Assembly (NCBI GenBank): GCA_964016885.1
Contig: OZ024749.1
Location: forward strand, 47,492,001 to 47,556,000
DNA from: Eledone cirrhosa
Lineage: Eukaryota
Direction of reading: 5' to 3'
Length of the DNA stretch: 64,000 nucleotides
Positions 28,134 through 43,391 of the stretch are shown here, in pieces. A program made the translations under genes and the position numbers. Position 1 is the stretch's first letter. Every line of letters starts with the position of its first letter. The notes beneath the pieces are model-generated. The model worked only from the letters and a program-made list of their open reading frames with translations, was not told the origin of the DNA and did not search any database.

Positions 28134-31100
28134 TTTTATAATAATAATGGAGATTCAAGGTTTTCTGACCAATATGCATTTTCATGTATTCCTCTACACC
28201 CTTTTCAAGCCTTAACCTAAAATCAACACTGACAATTATTGTTCAGGAGCGTTCATTTATTGCATTTAATGGATGCGTTTAGAAATATCAGCATCATTCT
28301 ATTAAATCAACAGTAGTTCAACAATAGCACTTAAGGAATATAACATTTCATGAATTCCTTAAGTTTGAACAGGAGAGTATTAAAGGAATTCATAGCAATA
28401 TATCTGCTGCATATCCCCTTTCACAATTGGAATATTGCATGGATGTCATTACTCTATAAATTTGAGCTTCCGCTTGTAAAAATATACATACAATATACAT
28501 AGAAATAACGAGGAATTTAAGAATGATTAAATGTTAAATTCAACTCCTTCATTAAAAGTATATTTTGTCATCTAAATTACATATATATTTGGTAAAGTTT
28601 ACATATAATTACATCTAATTTACATATATATTGGTATATAAAAACATTTGGTATATATATATATGTATTTGGTATATATATATTTGGTAAATTCAATTTC
28701 CATTGATCAAATATGTACCATCTAGACAAACGTTTTCGCAATAAGAATGACGTATCGATCAATATCTGAATATGGTTAAGATTTTATTTCTAATATTGTT
28801 AGTAATGTTAATATGAATGAATATCTCCAATATATTTCAATTACAAGGAACTCTGCCTTAAAAATGGGATTAGTTCATTAGGAAACTCCTCAGAAGTTGG
28901 GGACAATGCCTTTACGATCCGAGAACATTTCTAACAGGGCTTCACTCTACTCTGTTTGATAATCTAAGTACAATTAAGGGATGTATTTAATCTATATAAA
29001 GGTTTCCTCCTTGAAGGAATTCAAATTAAAAGGCTGTAATGCAGCCACGCATTTTCACAATTCTTTTTCCAATCAAACGGCAGCATGTCAAATGTATTTG
29101 GGTTTCACATCTAATTGGGTTGCTTCAAGGTGAAATGTTACATGAAACAGATATGTTCACATTCTTCTTCAGTAAACATTCCTATATTTGTACTGAGTTA
29201 CAATGATTACAAATCATCTTACATTGAGGCTTCTTTTTACACTTCTAACTTTGAATAATGTAATCCCTTGTTGGTAACAGAGTGTTAAATATTGCATGTG
29301 CATACTGCTATGTTGTTAGTTGTACATGACAATCCTAAGCAGCATTGATCACATATAATTTGAAAGAGATAATTATACATTGACAAAACAATTATTCCGT
29401 GTTTATTTTAATGCTACATCATAATACTCTCTATTATATACATTCTATACATATAGTAATGTAATGATTTCCGACAAAATGGCGTTGATATACTATACGT
29501 CAAGCACGTTTCTAGAAGCGAAAATACATTTAATTTATTATATTAAATGACAAGTAGCTATGAGTTTGTATGACAGAAATCAATTTGACACAGCCATATT
29601 CGAAATATAATATAACAGTCAGAATATATATTTCTAAATGAAACGTTTATAATGACAAGCTTGAACAGGATATATTCTTACATACAATATACTATCTCCA
29701 CCTATTTAAAGTAGCCGAAATATTATTCAATTCAAAAACGTAAACATAATAAATGAAATTAATTTAAAACCTTCCAGCCAACACTGCTGTTTCAAAGGCT
29801 TGATTAACAACACAAATAGTTTGCGCATGCAACCTGTTACTTGGAAACTAGCTTTGTATATTATATTATATATGAGAACTATAAATTAGATCGTCAGAGG
29901 TGAATATAGAATTTGAAGCATGCCAGAAGGAATATTGTTTATACCAATATTAATTTCGTTACAATTTCATGACAACTACAATTTGCGTTTCGAACTATAC
30001 AATTATGAATGCACATATATTAATTGTCTTTTAACCTCTACATATAATGTGTGTCTTTCATTTTGTTAACTCCCTATATTTGAAACATTGTTCGCTGAAT
30101 ATGTTTAGAATTGATTCGGATAGGGATGATGTATTACATTTATTCATCAATCTTCATTTTGCTGTTATATTGTAAGGCATAATTATAATTAAATAGTCCA
30201 ATACGCTGTTATATCACATGCTAATTGCAACAATAATAAATTATGGACGGCTAGTGGAATTTTTATATCTTCAATTTGAACATTGACAAATAAACTTGGC
30301 TAACACAGGGGTGTAATGATCAAGGATAATCTATATTTTTAAATATGAGTTTTAATTTACATAAGACATCGAAAATGGGCCAACATTAACGAAAACTAAT
30401 TTGCCGATATAAAATGTGTATAACTTACAATCTACATAATTATAGGTATTTCGACTTAATTATGTTAATACATGAAGGTGCGTTGGTTTAAATTGTATTT
30501 GTCGGGAATGGCTTCCATAAGTCATTGAATTCATATATTCGTAGATAATGAAACTCAAATAGCGTGTTATCATATAGGCAAGATATAAGATGAACATTAC
30601 TGCAAAATAGTGTTATTTTCATAGAAGGAATAGAACACTTTCCTCTGCATCAAACGAAAATGCACTTATCCAATAAGAAAACTACTGTAACATCATCAAT
30701 CTGATGTTCACACGTGATATAAATGTGGTGCATGAGTATGTGCGTGTGTTGGTTAGACCCATATATGCATATATGAATGATATATTGAAATAGATCCTTC
30801 CTAATGAATCTGCTGTTCAATTTTTATATTTCATTGAAATATTTGTTATTCAGAACCCGGCTGTTTGTAGGTCTTCTTGAAATATATGAATTCATTGTTT
30901 AAGATAAATTGATATTGTGTTACTTTTGCCACGAGCAAATTCGAAATTGTATAAGCGCATTCCACGAGTCTTAGAAGTGGTTGCGCTATTTTAAACCATG
31001 AGTGGGTTTCAAGGTATCAGTTTAAAAGGAGAAAGAAACAAATTGAAATGCATTTCAATCCAAGTGCTTTTCACATTTCAAGTTGTTCATTAAAATTTGG

Positions 31101-31650
31101 GGAATTTAAGAATCGAATCGTGACAATTTATTATTTAACGAGATCTAAGAGGCTAACACATATAACACCATAAGAAACAGAAGAGTGTTGCAAATGCTAC
31201 AAATAAAACTCGTTTTCCACAAATTAGCTGTTTCCAGTAAGTAATGGATGCACATAATACAGCAATGAACACATATTTACCGCCTTCAACATAAAATGTT
31301 CACGACTGTAACTTTGTCTAAATTTGAAATGTAAAATTTTAGAAAGATGCGAGAGAAAAGTTACATAATCACCATAGATAAACTTTGAATTACGCTAATT
31401 GTACATATAGTAAGTGACGACTAGATTTGTGGAAATTCTTCCGAATTTAATGTAGATATATTTAAAAGAGAATTGAATATGTTTTGTTAGTTGCATAACC
31501 AATAAGATATAAAATTGATGGGAATGTCTCACTCTAAGTAAAATTAAATATAAAAACAAAACAAAAATGTATACGCAATAGTATTATCTACATCGTCTCT
31601 TTTAATCTTAACAAGGAATCATCGATATTTCTATCTGTTTTTGTTATTCC

Positions 31651-32728
<1,078 letters not shown>

Positions 32729-32747
32729 CACACAAACGTATATATGT

Positions 32748-32787
<40 letters not shown>

Positions 32788-32948
32788 TTGTGTGTGTGTG
32801 TATATTTAGGTTTGAAGGTTTAACACTGTATAGAGCTGGTCATTCCGTATGGTCAATCTTGATGTAATAATATGGAGAGTACTCAACGTAAAGCAGCTCA
32901 ACTGTCTTCGTTTGTGTAGTTGGTGGTGCGACTAAGGAGTTAGATATT

Positions 32949-33136
32949 ATAAAATAACAGGTGGCTGGACTTGTGTAAATCCTTGAAAGGTTTATTATAC
33001 TATGATCATTTCAATGACCGGATTCCGTATGAATCCGTTGATATCACCGAATTCATACGGAACCCGTTCATTGAAATGATCATAGTATAATAAACCTTTC
33101 AATGATTTACACAAGTCCAGCCTCCTGTTATTTTAT
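32949..33136. mobile_element. 188-bp fold-back element carrying only the 3' half of an HHR
   Basis: Arms fold at GTTGATATCACC; each arm carries GAAA-TGATCA-TA; (TA)n on the right. Confidence 0.75.
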
Positions 33137-33139
33137 TAT

Positions 33140-33170
<31 letters not shown>

Positions 33171-33444
33171 AATGAGAGGTATAGAGATTGTTTTAGCAAG
33201 AAGCTAACGGCATTCTATAACATATATATATATATATATATAAAGACAAACATCTAGTGACGACTCCATAAAGGTTTTAAATAAATGCTTATGCGTATAT
33301 ATGAAACAATGGAGCAAATGTGTATATTAGTGCGGATTAAAAGTTTAAGCAAACAATTTCTGATTTCATTCTAAGTTGGATGGAATTAGTAATATTAGAT
33401 CTGTACCTATATGTTTATATATAATGTACACAGATGTTAGAACG

Positions 33445-33477
<33 letters not shown>

Positions 33478-34560
33478 CTGAATATCTGTATGATTAATGT
33501 ATGAAGTATAGACATATTGTTCTCTTATATCCTGCATGTTAAATCATATGGGTTATCAAATGCGATCTCCTTCGTTTTCCTGAACATTAGGTAGATGATA
33601 ATATTTAAATGTGTTGAATTTGGTGATAGCTATCTTTGCAAAATTGATACTGACATCAATTTTGTAATCATGATAGTACATTATATTTGCATACAATATT
33701 ATCATCATATGCTGTAGCAGTTTAGAATAGTGTTACCATATTCTTTCACGTTCTGATTCCTACGTTATACCACATGTTAAATTATGTATGATGTCCATTA
33801 TATAATTTATAATAGTTAGTATACAGAAAAGGAGTGTACACGTTCAGCACGTTATCGATCATATATATGTCGATCATTCATGAAATGCATTATTTAATTA
33901 TACTGTGTTGACATTAATTATACACAAGTTGACTTTAGAAAAATGTTCCGTGGTCAGTCGGTGTATTGGAAACGTGTTCTGACTAATGTTACTCATAGAG
34001 ACTAGCATATCAATTATTTTAACATAAACATAAATACAATAACCATATATTATATATTAGGTTCACTGACATATTAACATTATTAATATGAAACATTGCT
34101 GATATCTAGGATAAATACTGTGTTTTCGATATTAATGTTGGTGCGACATACCAGATTTATAAACGCCATGCATACTCTCAATAAATATTACGCACGAAAT
34201 ATTGACGTTGCATATGCAGCTTCGAATAGGGAAGTGAAGAGTATGTACGCGTTATTAACAACGAAATCATCGGGAAAATGAAACAATTACGAACCATAAC
34301 CGCCACATAATAAGCAATAAGTACAATGATCGTTTCAGTGTTTCAAAAACCGAGTATACTTGCACATCATATGGCAGCATTTAAAACATTTACACACTAC
34401 TCTCACATATACATAAATACTCTTATTTGGTAATAAAACAAACTTACACATATATTGCAGCTTCATATGCAAATGAGATTAATCACCTCATTTACACAGG
34501 CTTGAAAAGTATGTATTCTCAGCTGTCTTCTAGTCCAGCAGGCGCAAGCGGTGGGAGGGT

Positions 34561-34602
34561 CCGTCCTGACTAAGGCCAGTTAAACCTGAAATGCATAGAC
34601 GG
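34561..34602 (+). ncRNA. Solitary type I HHR-like motif with a G8U core change, inside a long hairpin (34533-34626)
   Basis: CCGTC CTGACTA AGG-ccagttaaa-CCT GAAA TGCA TA GACGG; outer stem GTCCAGCAGG...TCTGCTGGAC. Confidence 0.6.
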
Positions 34603-34627
34603 TTGTCCCCCTTGCTTCTGCTGGACA

Positions 34628-34643
34628 TCACCAGAGGGCGCCA
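34628..34643 (+). promoter_or_regulatory. CTCF-like motif
   Basis: TCACCAGAGGGCGCCA versus consensus CCACCAGRGGGCGC; motif match only. Confidence 0.35.
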
Positions 34644-35416
34644 GCCCGCTGGTCTTTGCATCGCTACGGCTTCTTAAAATGTATTTCTTTGGAGATAAGA
34701 AATAATGATACATATTGTATAAAGCTATGCTTGATGCGAAGTCCTATTTCTTATATATATATATATATATAATTCTACATTAACATCTACACACAAATGT
34801 TACTCTTTGGAGAAATATGGTGTTTTTATTCAATTAATAATTCAATTTCAATTCTTATTATTTTCTTGGGTTAAGTTAGCACGTGATTTCATTTTATGAA
34901 AAATTGTTTGAAATATCAATGTTCACGTTTAATTTTTTTTAATTATTAATCTGAACACTCAATTAAATGATAAGTGTTGCTTGAACGTAATATAAAAAAA
35001 AATACGAAATATCTGGAACATATCATCCATCAATAGATTATATGATACCGAATTCGGTATATAAATTACCAGAACGAATTTTGTATTCTTTTAAAATTAA
35101 TTCAACTTTATTGAAATTGGATACAAATAATTAGAAATATATTTTTATGTTCTTATTATAACATAAACGCACTCACATTCTCATTGATGACTTAACATTG
35201 AGTTATCCTTCTCTCTCAACTCACATTCGCCCTCACTATGTATATGTACTACACATGATGTATTTACATGCACATATATGCATTTTCTTTCATTCATTAA
35301 AGTAGGTAATCGATATATAATATCCGATATATTAACAGACACACGATTTCAATACTATTTGCCTTGCAATTAGTTATGTACTGACACATACACACACACA
35401 TATATACACACACACA

Positions 35417-35501
<85 letters not shown>

Positions 35502-36293
35502 AAGAACATTCCTCGACCTTTTAGACAAACATTTTCCCCCTAATCATAGATATAATAAGATATTCAATAGACATGTAGTTAAAATCAGCTACACTTGCTG
35601 GCCATCAATGAAAAACTAAAATTACCAACTCTAATGAACTAGAGTAAATCCAGGTTACAGTTGCAGGAAGACGGAAGAATGCCCATTACAAGGTAAATGT
35701 AATACCAAATTTAGTGTGTATGAGGTCAAATAACCAGCCAGCCAGGAGTGAACGATATGTTGGCATGACTAAGGACAGATTTAAAACATGGTAATATGCA
35801 CATGTTACTTCTTACAAACACCCTGAAAAAAGAACACGTGCGCGTATGTATAGAGCTTTTGTTTTTCTGTTTTTTGTTGTGTTTGTATGTATGTATGTTT
35901 ATATGTGTGTGTGTACACCCCCGTTTTATATGTGTGCGTGTGTATTTGTGTGTACATATTTGAGTGCATATATATTTATGTTATGTATTTATGTTCCTGT
36001 TCGTATTTCTATGCAGACGCAAATACGTCTACGTACGATTACGTATATGCGCGTAGTTGAGTGTGTGTATAACAACATCATGTTATTTATTCATTCTGAC
36101 GACTGGAGACGGACACGACATCTGCCTTCAAGAAACCACTGGTAAACGAACTAATTATCCAAGTTGTTTATTACATGAATAATAACCTTTGTAATCTTAC
36201 ATTGAGCACTCTTTTTTCCTGTACCTTTCCGACGGAAATACTTCATTCACACACACACACACACATATACACACACTCACACACTCACACATA

Positions 36294-36327
<34 letters not shown>

Positions 36328-36490
36328 GGAAAAGTGTTAGGACCGCGACGGCTGAGCCCAGGCCGTTTCGACGGCTACTTTGAAATTGCTGACTCCTTTG
36401 CTATTACCCAGTGTACTACACAACTACCCATGATATCGATTACTGTGGTGAATTATGTTCCACCTGGTTCCTTAACACACTTCCTTCGTT
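36328..36490 (+). mobile_element. Family D small element with imperfect inverted ends, in (TA)n
   Basis: GGAAAAGTGTTAGGACC ... GGTTCCTTAACACACTTCC; internal GCCGT-TTCG-ACGGC hairpin. Confidence 0.6.
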
Positions 36491-39400
36491 ATATATATGT
36501 ATATATATATATATATATTCATTCAAATAACATTTGCTGGAAAGCCGCGATGATTTCTTTTGAATTAAACACTGTTAGACCTGTATTAACCATTTCTATA
36601 TTTAACTTGATATTTCTACTCTACTAATACTTTGAGTACCTTACTAAGTGTGGTTAACATATATTGAACTCAGGTCCCACACACACATGGTGAGCTTTTG
36701 GCTCAGCACCTGGAGAAATATATGCATTCTGCTCAACATTGGTATCGAGTGTTTGACTTGAATCATTGATAAATTACTCATGGAGTGGAATGATCCAGAT
36801 CAATAGAAGGATAAATACTAAGACGAGGTAACAAGAAGTTTAACCTCTCTCGCCCTTTATTTCTTTACACATATAATCACATATTGCTCCACCATGTGCT
36901 ATCATTTGTCAGAGTGTGCTGTATTTAATTGTTTCCTAGAATTAGCCCTGCTTTCCTACATTTATTTATTTATCTTATTAGCGTTGATGGCATGGGGATA
37001 CTCGGATACTATTTATATATTATATTTTGCGTTTGGTTAATGCAGTGCTATTAAATTCCTTGTAATGATGCTGATCTCAGATGAAACGAAGGAAAATCTA
37101 TACTTCAGGTTATTCTTGTGACTTATGTTGTACTTAATATAAAACCTTTATTTTAATGGAATCATTTTCTCATTGCTTGTTTTGAATCAAACAGACTTAC
37201 TGATATTTGGTTCGTAACAGGCGTTTTCTTAAACTTACTGTCATAATTATTTAATGTACACACACCCACACCCACACACATACACGCGCACAAACACGCA
37301 CGCGCACACACACACACAGACACACACACACACACACAACCTTAGTATACTTTGGGAATAAGATATACATTTGCATTTTATTTAAAATTTGTTTCTCCCT
37401 GGGGCCTATTGTAAATTATATATCATATGAATCGGAATATATTTAAGAGATATGTCCGCCTAATCTATCCATATACTTGATGGACTCTGCATGGGGTTCA
37501 AGAACATTGTTCTAGATTTAACATTAATAACAAAATGTATATGCCACAAATGTCATCGGTAAAATCTGAGAAGATAAAGAACATACTGTAAAATGCATTT
37601 TCATTAAAACTATAGTGGTTATATAAATATATATGTGTCTTTGCGTGTGCATATCTGTTTATGTGTGTGTGCTCATAGTTGTGTAAATATAGAGCCTCTA
37701 TATTACATTCGAACACTAACAGATAAAGATTGATATTCTATCTAAAATATTTACTGCATTGGATAATATATATTTTCTAAGCACACTCCAATGGAAGCAA
37801 ATATCCCTGCATGTAAGTATATAAAACCATAAAGTAAAATGAGCCTTCATAATATATTTGAATATGCCTTGCCGAATTGGAAGAAAGTAATATATGTACA
37901 AATAATTTGAATTTTTATATGGATAACGATGGATCCCTGTAATAAAATTTGACATAAACATAACTTAATGCTGGTTACACCCTTCCCCTATATGAGTTTA
38001 TGAATTGGTTTATGCAATTATGAGAGCATCCTCACACAACGTATATAAACACGAAGACTTTCAGCATGGATTTGCATTACCAGCTATTTAAAAACAAATT
38101 ATGCTAATTTTTTCTACATATGTATGAAATAATTTTTCTATTTGTGTTCCAGTGTACATTATATAATACGATATCTGCATTAATTGATTTCTTCTGGTTG
38201 GAGAAGCAAAAATATAACAATGTGCATCATATTTATCGTTTGCTAATGGCTCAGCATCTTTCAATACACAATGCCAGTCATATAGTTTCATATCTACTGT
38301 TTACAAATAACCATATTTTCTTTGATAGGTATTATCAATGCATTAGCAATCAATTGAATACAGTGCAAATGTGTAATCCATAGCAAATTGAGCTCTTGTT
38401 TCGCCAGAAATCCTGCACTATTATTATTCATCACTTCAGCTATACGATATAAATTTATTAAAATTCAAAAGCATCCCCAAATGTAATAAAGCGGTGAATA
38501 TGTAACGTGCGTGTTTCCAACGGCAGTACACTTGCTTTGATGTCGTTATAAGTTAAGATCTCGCAGTAAATATTCAAGTATCGTTATACATTTGTGTTAA
38601 ATTGCGTAGAGATATTTGTGAAAACGACTCTCATTATAAAAGCGTTATCGCTACAGAATTTTGCAAGCTGCACATTAAAGCTGATGATGTTTTCCTCTTT
38701 GTAGCTATGAACTATATTCATACAGCAGGACCAAAGGAAATGTGAACTGTGACATCAAATGAAATAGTATGGAAAATTCGTATTTTCTTTCAGAATGTCA
38801 CGGCTAGCTAAATACATTTCCCAATTTGTGGGATCAGAATGGACGCTGATAGAGATATATAAAGAAATAATGTTGGTAATAAACGAAATTACAATAAACG
38901 AAACTACAATAACCTACACTATGCTTCAATAGGTACTTTAAGGAGAAGAATTAGCCAAGTGTCTTTTGAGTATCCATTAAGTTGCAAGCCACGTGTGTTT
39001 ATCAATCATGTTCTGTTCCCTGATCTAGCAATGATATATGTATAGTTTTATACGATTAATCTCACTCATACACATGTTCAAACTGCCACACACGCACACA
39101 CGCAAGCACATACATAGATACAAATATACAAATATGCAAATACATATATGGATGTATGCATATATGCATAAGTATGCCACTCATACATGTATACATTTAA
39201 ACATATATACATACGAATCTGATGTACTCAGCAATGAACGTGACTAAAACCAACACACAGAATCAACATATCTATGAGCTAGCATGTAGTAAACGCTAAT
39301 ATAGCAACTGGAGACAGACTATCGAAAAGATACAGACAAGATTTCTAGTAATTTCTGTGGTAATCACAGCACGTCAATGGTAATCACTGGACATATGAAG

Positions 39401-39907
39401 GGAGATCATGGTTTCATGATAAGATTTAACTAACATACACATCACAAATAGGCATGGGTTTTCCTATTGAAAACGAATAATATAAATACATGAAATTGGT
39501 GAATATATTTTTAGTATCCTGTTTTTAAAGAAGTAGTTCAGAATTATTGCTATTAAATTTGGTGTACACTCTATGTTTGTGTAGCAAAACAACGTGAATG
39601 TAATGTTTCTTTGATTATTGAACGGACGATACTGCAGTTTATAAATTCAATACTAAATTAATTAAATCTATTTAAAAGTAGGAAGTTTGCTAAGTGCAGC
39701 TGTCGGATTGGATTTCTTGCCTGCAGTAGTCTTATATTTTGATGTATATTAATGATTAAACACAATCATTTCAAACATCAAATCAAGAAGTACTTTGTGA
39801 TTAGATGAACACACACACATACACACACACACACATACACATATATATATATATACACCCACACACACGTATATATATATATATATAGATTTATGTGAGT
39901 ATATATG

Positions 39908-39998
<91 letters not shown>

Positions 39999-40310
39999 AT
40001 GTGTATACATATTTGTGTGTATGTGTGTATTCATAGGTTTACATATATATTCATCTAACCAGCAAACGGATATTTATACATACGAAAAACATCCGACATA
40101 TTATAATTCATCAACAGACCCGACCATAATCAGCGAGAATAGTTCTGCTATACCACGAGCCATGAATAAATTAATATCCGCAACAATAGTGGATGTAGAT
40201 CTTTCTCCTAGGACAGGCGGGAAATGATGAAGTTGGTGATGAGAATGAGTATTTGGGACGAAGAATGTTTTCATATAAATATTACTCGACGATGATATTA
40301 AAATTAATAT

Positions 40311-40342
<32 letters not shown>

Positions 40343-40383
40343 AACAATTTACGAAATGGAAATGCGGGTATATAGAATTTATT

Positions 40384-40500
40384 AGGTAACAATTGTTTCT
40401 ATAGTGTATGAGTTACCTATACCTCGCTATTTGAATAATACACAAATATTATCAAAAACCGAAAGTACACTGTAAGCCAACACACCATGTCATCAGACCT
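40384..40500 (-). ncRNA. Type I hammerhead ribozyme with ~90-nt extended helix II
   Basis: AGGT CTGATGA [CATGGTGTG...TACACTATA long hairpin] GAAA C-AATT-G TT ACCT; core boxes intact, first helix II pair is C.A. Confidence 0.75.
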
Positions 40501-40910
40501 TTGTATTAGAATGATATGAACATATTTTATACACTAGATAAAAGATAAAGAAGGAGGTAGGAAGAGAAGGGGAAGAGGGAAGTGAGTAAGGTGGATGGAG
40601 TCTTAGGGTTTAAGACTGTCAGACTAGTAGAGATTGTGAAGAGAGAATGTTTTGGCAGCAGTTAGCTTAATGAGGCGTGCTAAGGTTTGCTGGGAAGTAG
40701 ATACTTCTGGTGGTGTTGTTCGGACAAAATTTAGTTAGAGGGGTCAAAGTGGTACAATGTCACAGACAAGTTATTAGGGCTATTATAGTAGCAGGTTATT
40801 TCTAAAGGGGTTCAGAAAAACAGTGTTTAGTACTATTATTATAGAAAGCCATATCTAGTGTATAAACATATAAGACAGAAATGTGCAAACGTTGGTGTAA
40901 AAAGGTAACA

Positions 40911-42054
40911 TTATATGCATTTAAAAAAAGAAAAAGTCGTTTTCAAACGATGGTTACAGTATAGAGAACGTTCAATTTTGCTGTTCAAAAGTTTGTTTAC
41001 CGACGTTAAAATGCAGTATATCTCTAAATTGCATAACTTGCAGAATCGATGATTTTGCTGATATGCAGGCGCAGCTGCAATAATTTGCCAATCAAGGGAG
41101 AACGCTTGATTGTTCCTCCGAAGCTGCCAGGCTTTATCGGCGAGGGTTGTTACGGAGAGCATTTTCTCGTGCCTGATCGAAGATCGATGTTGGTATAGGC
41201 GAGCCTTGAAAGAAGTTGCGGTACATCCGACGTAATACCATTTGTTGGTCCCGGAATTTATTGTACACCGGTAGACAATATTGCGTTCTAGGCACTGGTT
41301 ATTCAGTGGGCACGTACCTGGTTTGGTGCAGTTACAACTATTTTAATGTTTTGCAGTAGAATCCTGGATAGTTTGGTGGGGTTGCGGTTGCGAGTTAGTG
41401 CGTTGCATGTTGCTATGCTGGTGCGCTTAGTCATTAGGGATGTACTTATTCAGTATTGCTGAGTTGAGTTTTCTAATTAGTTGTTCTATGTTAGGTGCAG
41501 TGGAGTATGAGAGTCTAATGGTGCGCGAGTTAAAGATTTTATAGTATCTATGTGAAGTTGTAAAGTGTTTATTGATTAGTGTATAGAATTGTGAGATAAT
41601 CTTAGTGCTAATAGAAGAATTGTACACGGGGTTATACCATATGTACTCTCTACGTCTGACTCTATTCGCTGGTTTGCACCTGTTAGTATGCCTATTGATG
41701 TGTGTGTGTGGTGCAATACTAGTTCGACTTAGATGTGTTTTATTCATAGTACTTATGTGGTTATCGTCTAGATATTCAATTTTCTCGCAGTAACCAGCTT
41801 TTCTAAGTGCGTCATTATAATATTCAGCATGCTCGTTGAAGGTCTGCAAATTAGACGACAGTCGGGAGATCCTTATGGATATATTTTTAGGGATAGATTT
41901 AATAATGGAATGAGGATGGTTCGATTTTACATTAACGTACTTAACATTTTCATTAAGTTTGTGAAATGGCTCTATATTACCGTTATTAAGGTTGAAGGTA
42001 ACATCCAGAAGTTGACCACCTTAAGATTGTGTTCAAAGGTAATATTAAGCCCTA
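40911..42054 (-). pseudogene. PLE RT C-terminus/thumb, CxCx5C linker and GIY-YIG endonuclease (two in-frame TAA stops, one frameshift)
   Basis: GLNITFEHNLKVVNF/LDVTFNL, SNHPHSIIKSIP, IWYNPVYN, RLSYS, CNCTKPGTCPLNNQC, NIVY...YYVGCT..SFKARLYQH, CKLCNLE...LLNSKIE....CNH. Confidence 0.9.
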
Positions 42055-42340
42055 GTTAGTGTACTTTCGGTTTTTGATAATATTTGTGTATTATTCAAAT
42101 AGCGAGGTATAGGTAACTCATACACTATAGAAACAATTGTTACCTAATAAATTCTATATACCCGCATTTCCATTTCGTACATTTTTTCTCCATATTTTCT
42201 CCGGATTTTAAAACACACTTTATTATACGTTGAGCAATCTCTGACGTCAGTTGACTCCATCCAATACTTAGTAACATTGGAATACAAATTATCTAATTCT
42301 ATATATATATATATAGATATAGATAAATATATACATCCAT

Positions 42341-42377
<37 letters not shown>

Positions 42378-42385
42378 ATGAAAAA

Positions 42386-42515
<130 letters not shown>

Positions 42516-43391
42516 GTTTGTGCGTGTGTGTATGTGTGTACGTGTCTACGATTGTCATTTAGGAATCATTTAGGAATCACTAACAAAATGTAGAAACTTT
42601 ACTTTAATTTATATATTGTTATAAATTGTTTGTCGCAATAAACATTTCGCAATCAGTATCGACATAAATTTTGAGACGAATGAATAAAAGTTACATACAA
42701 TCTGTAATTAACAATTTTATGTGTTTTTAAATAGGTAAAATGTTTCTTCCGCGCGATAATTGTTTTAGTTTCAGCATGACTAAATCAGCTTGCTGACATA
42801 TTACAGTAGAATAGCAGTGTGTGTTAATCTAAATGTGTCGATATATATTTCAACAGGAAAGTATTTTCATAATGGGCAGCAAGTAATTGCATCTGCATGA
42901 ATTATATTCATCGGACTTAGATCTATTTTATCGCTAAATTTAATAGTGATTGTGACAAAATATATCATAAAATAATTGTTAAATGCATTCTCATTATGTA
43001 GTTTAAATATTTACAGTATAGAATATAAAGTGAAAACTATGTAATTAAGTATTCTACACTACATATGTAATTAGGCAATGAATATGGAAGGTATTTCTAT
43101 TGAAGTTGTGCAATGTGACGGAATCTAACTACAGTAATTCTATTTAATTAATAGGAGTATATTTTCCAAGCAAGTGTTGGATCAAATTTATTTACGAAAT
43201 AGCATATTCACAAATATATATGAATTAGATACAGTTGCATTTCCAAATTAACGTCCGGACTTTTGCTTCCACTGTCATAAATGATTTTTGCAATAATTTA
43301 AATAATATTTGACATTTTCTCAGTAATAACGTGACCACATATGAACATTAATGACAATAACAATAATAATTATAATAATAATACTAATAAT

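Larger units (their letters stand above)
40349..42297 (-). mobile_element. 5'-truncated Naiad-type Penelope-like retroelement with inverted partial pLTR (40349-40470 / 42059-42179) and tail 42180-42297
   Basis: RT-EN coding remnant; ~121-bp inverted repeats; HHR; microsatellite flanks. Confidence 0.9.

Noticed and set aside
40911-41340. Selenocysteine (in-frame TGA) in the Naiad-type endonuclease
   Set aside because: All Cys positions are TGT/TGC, and the in-frame stops are TAA in the linker, so there is no sign of Sec recoding in this copy.
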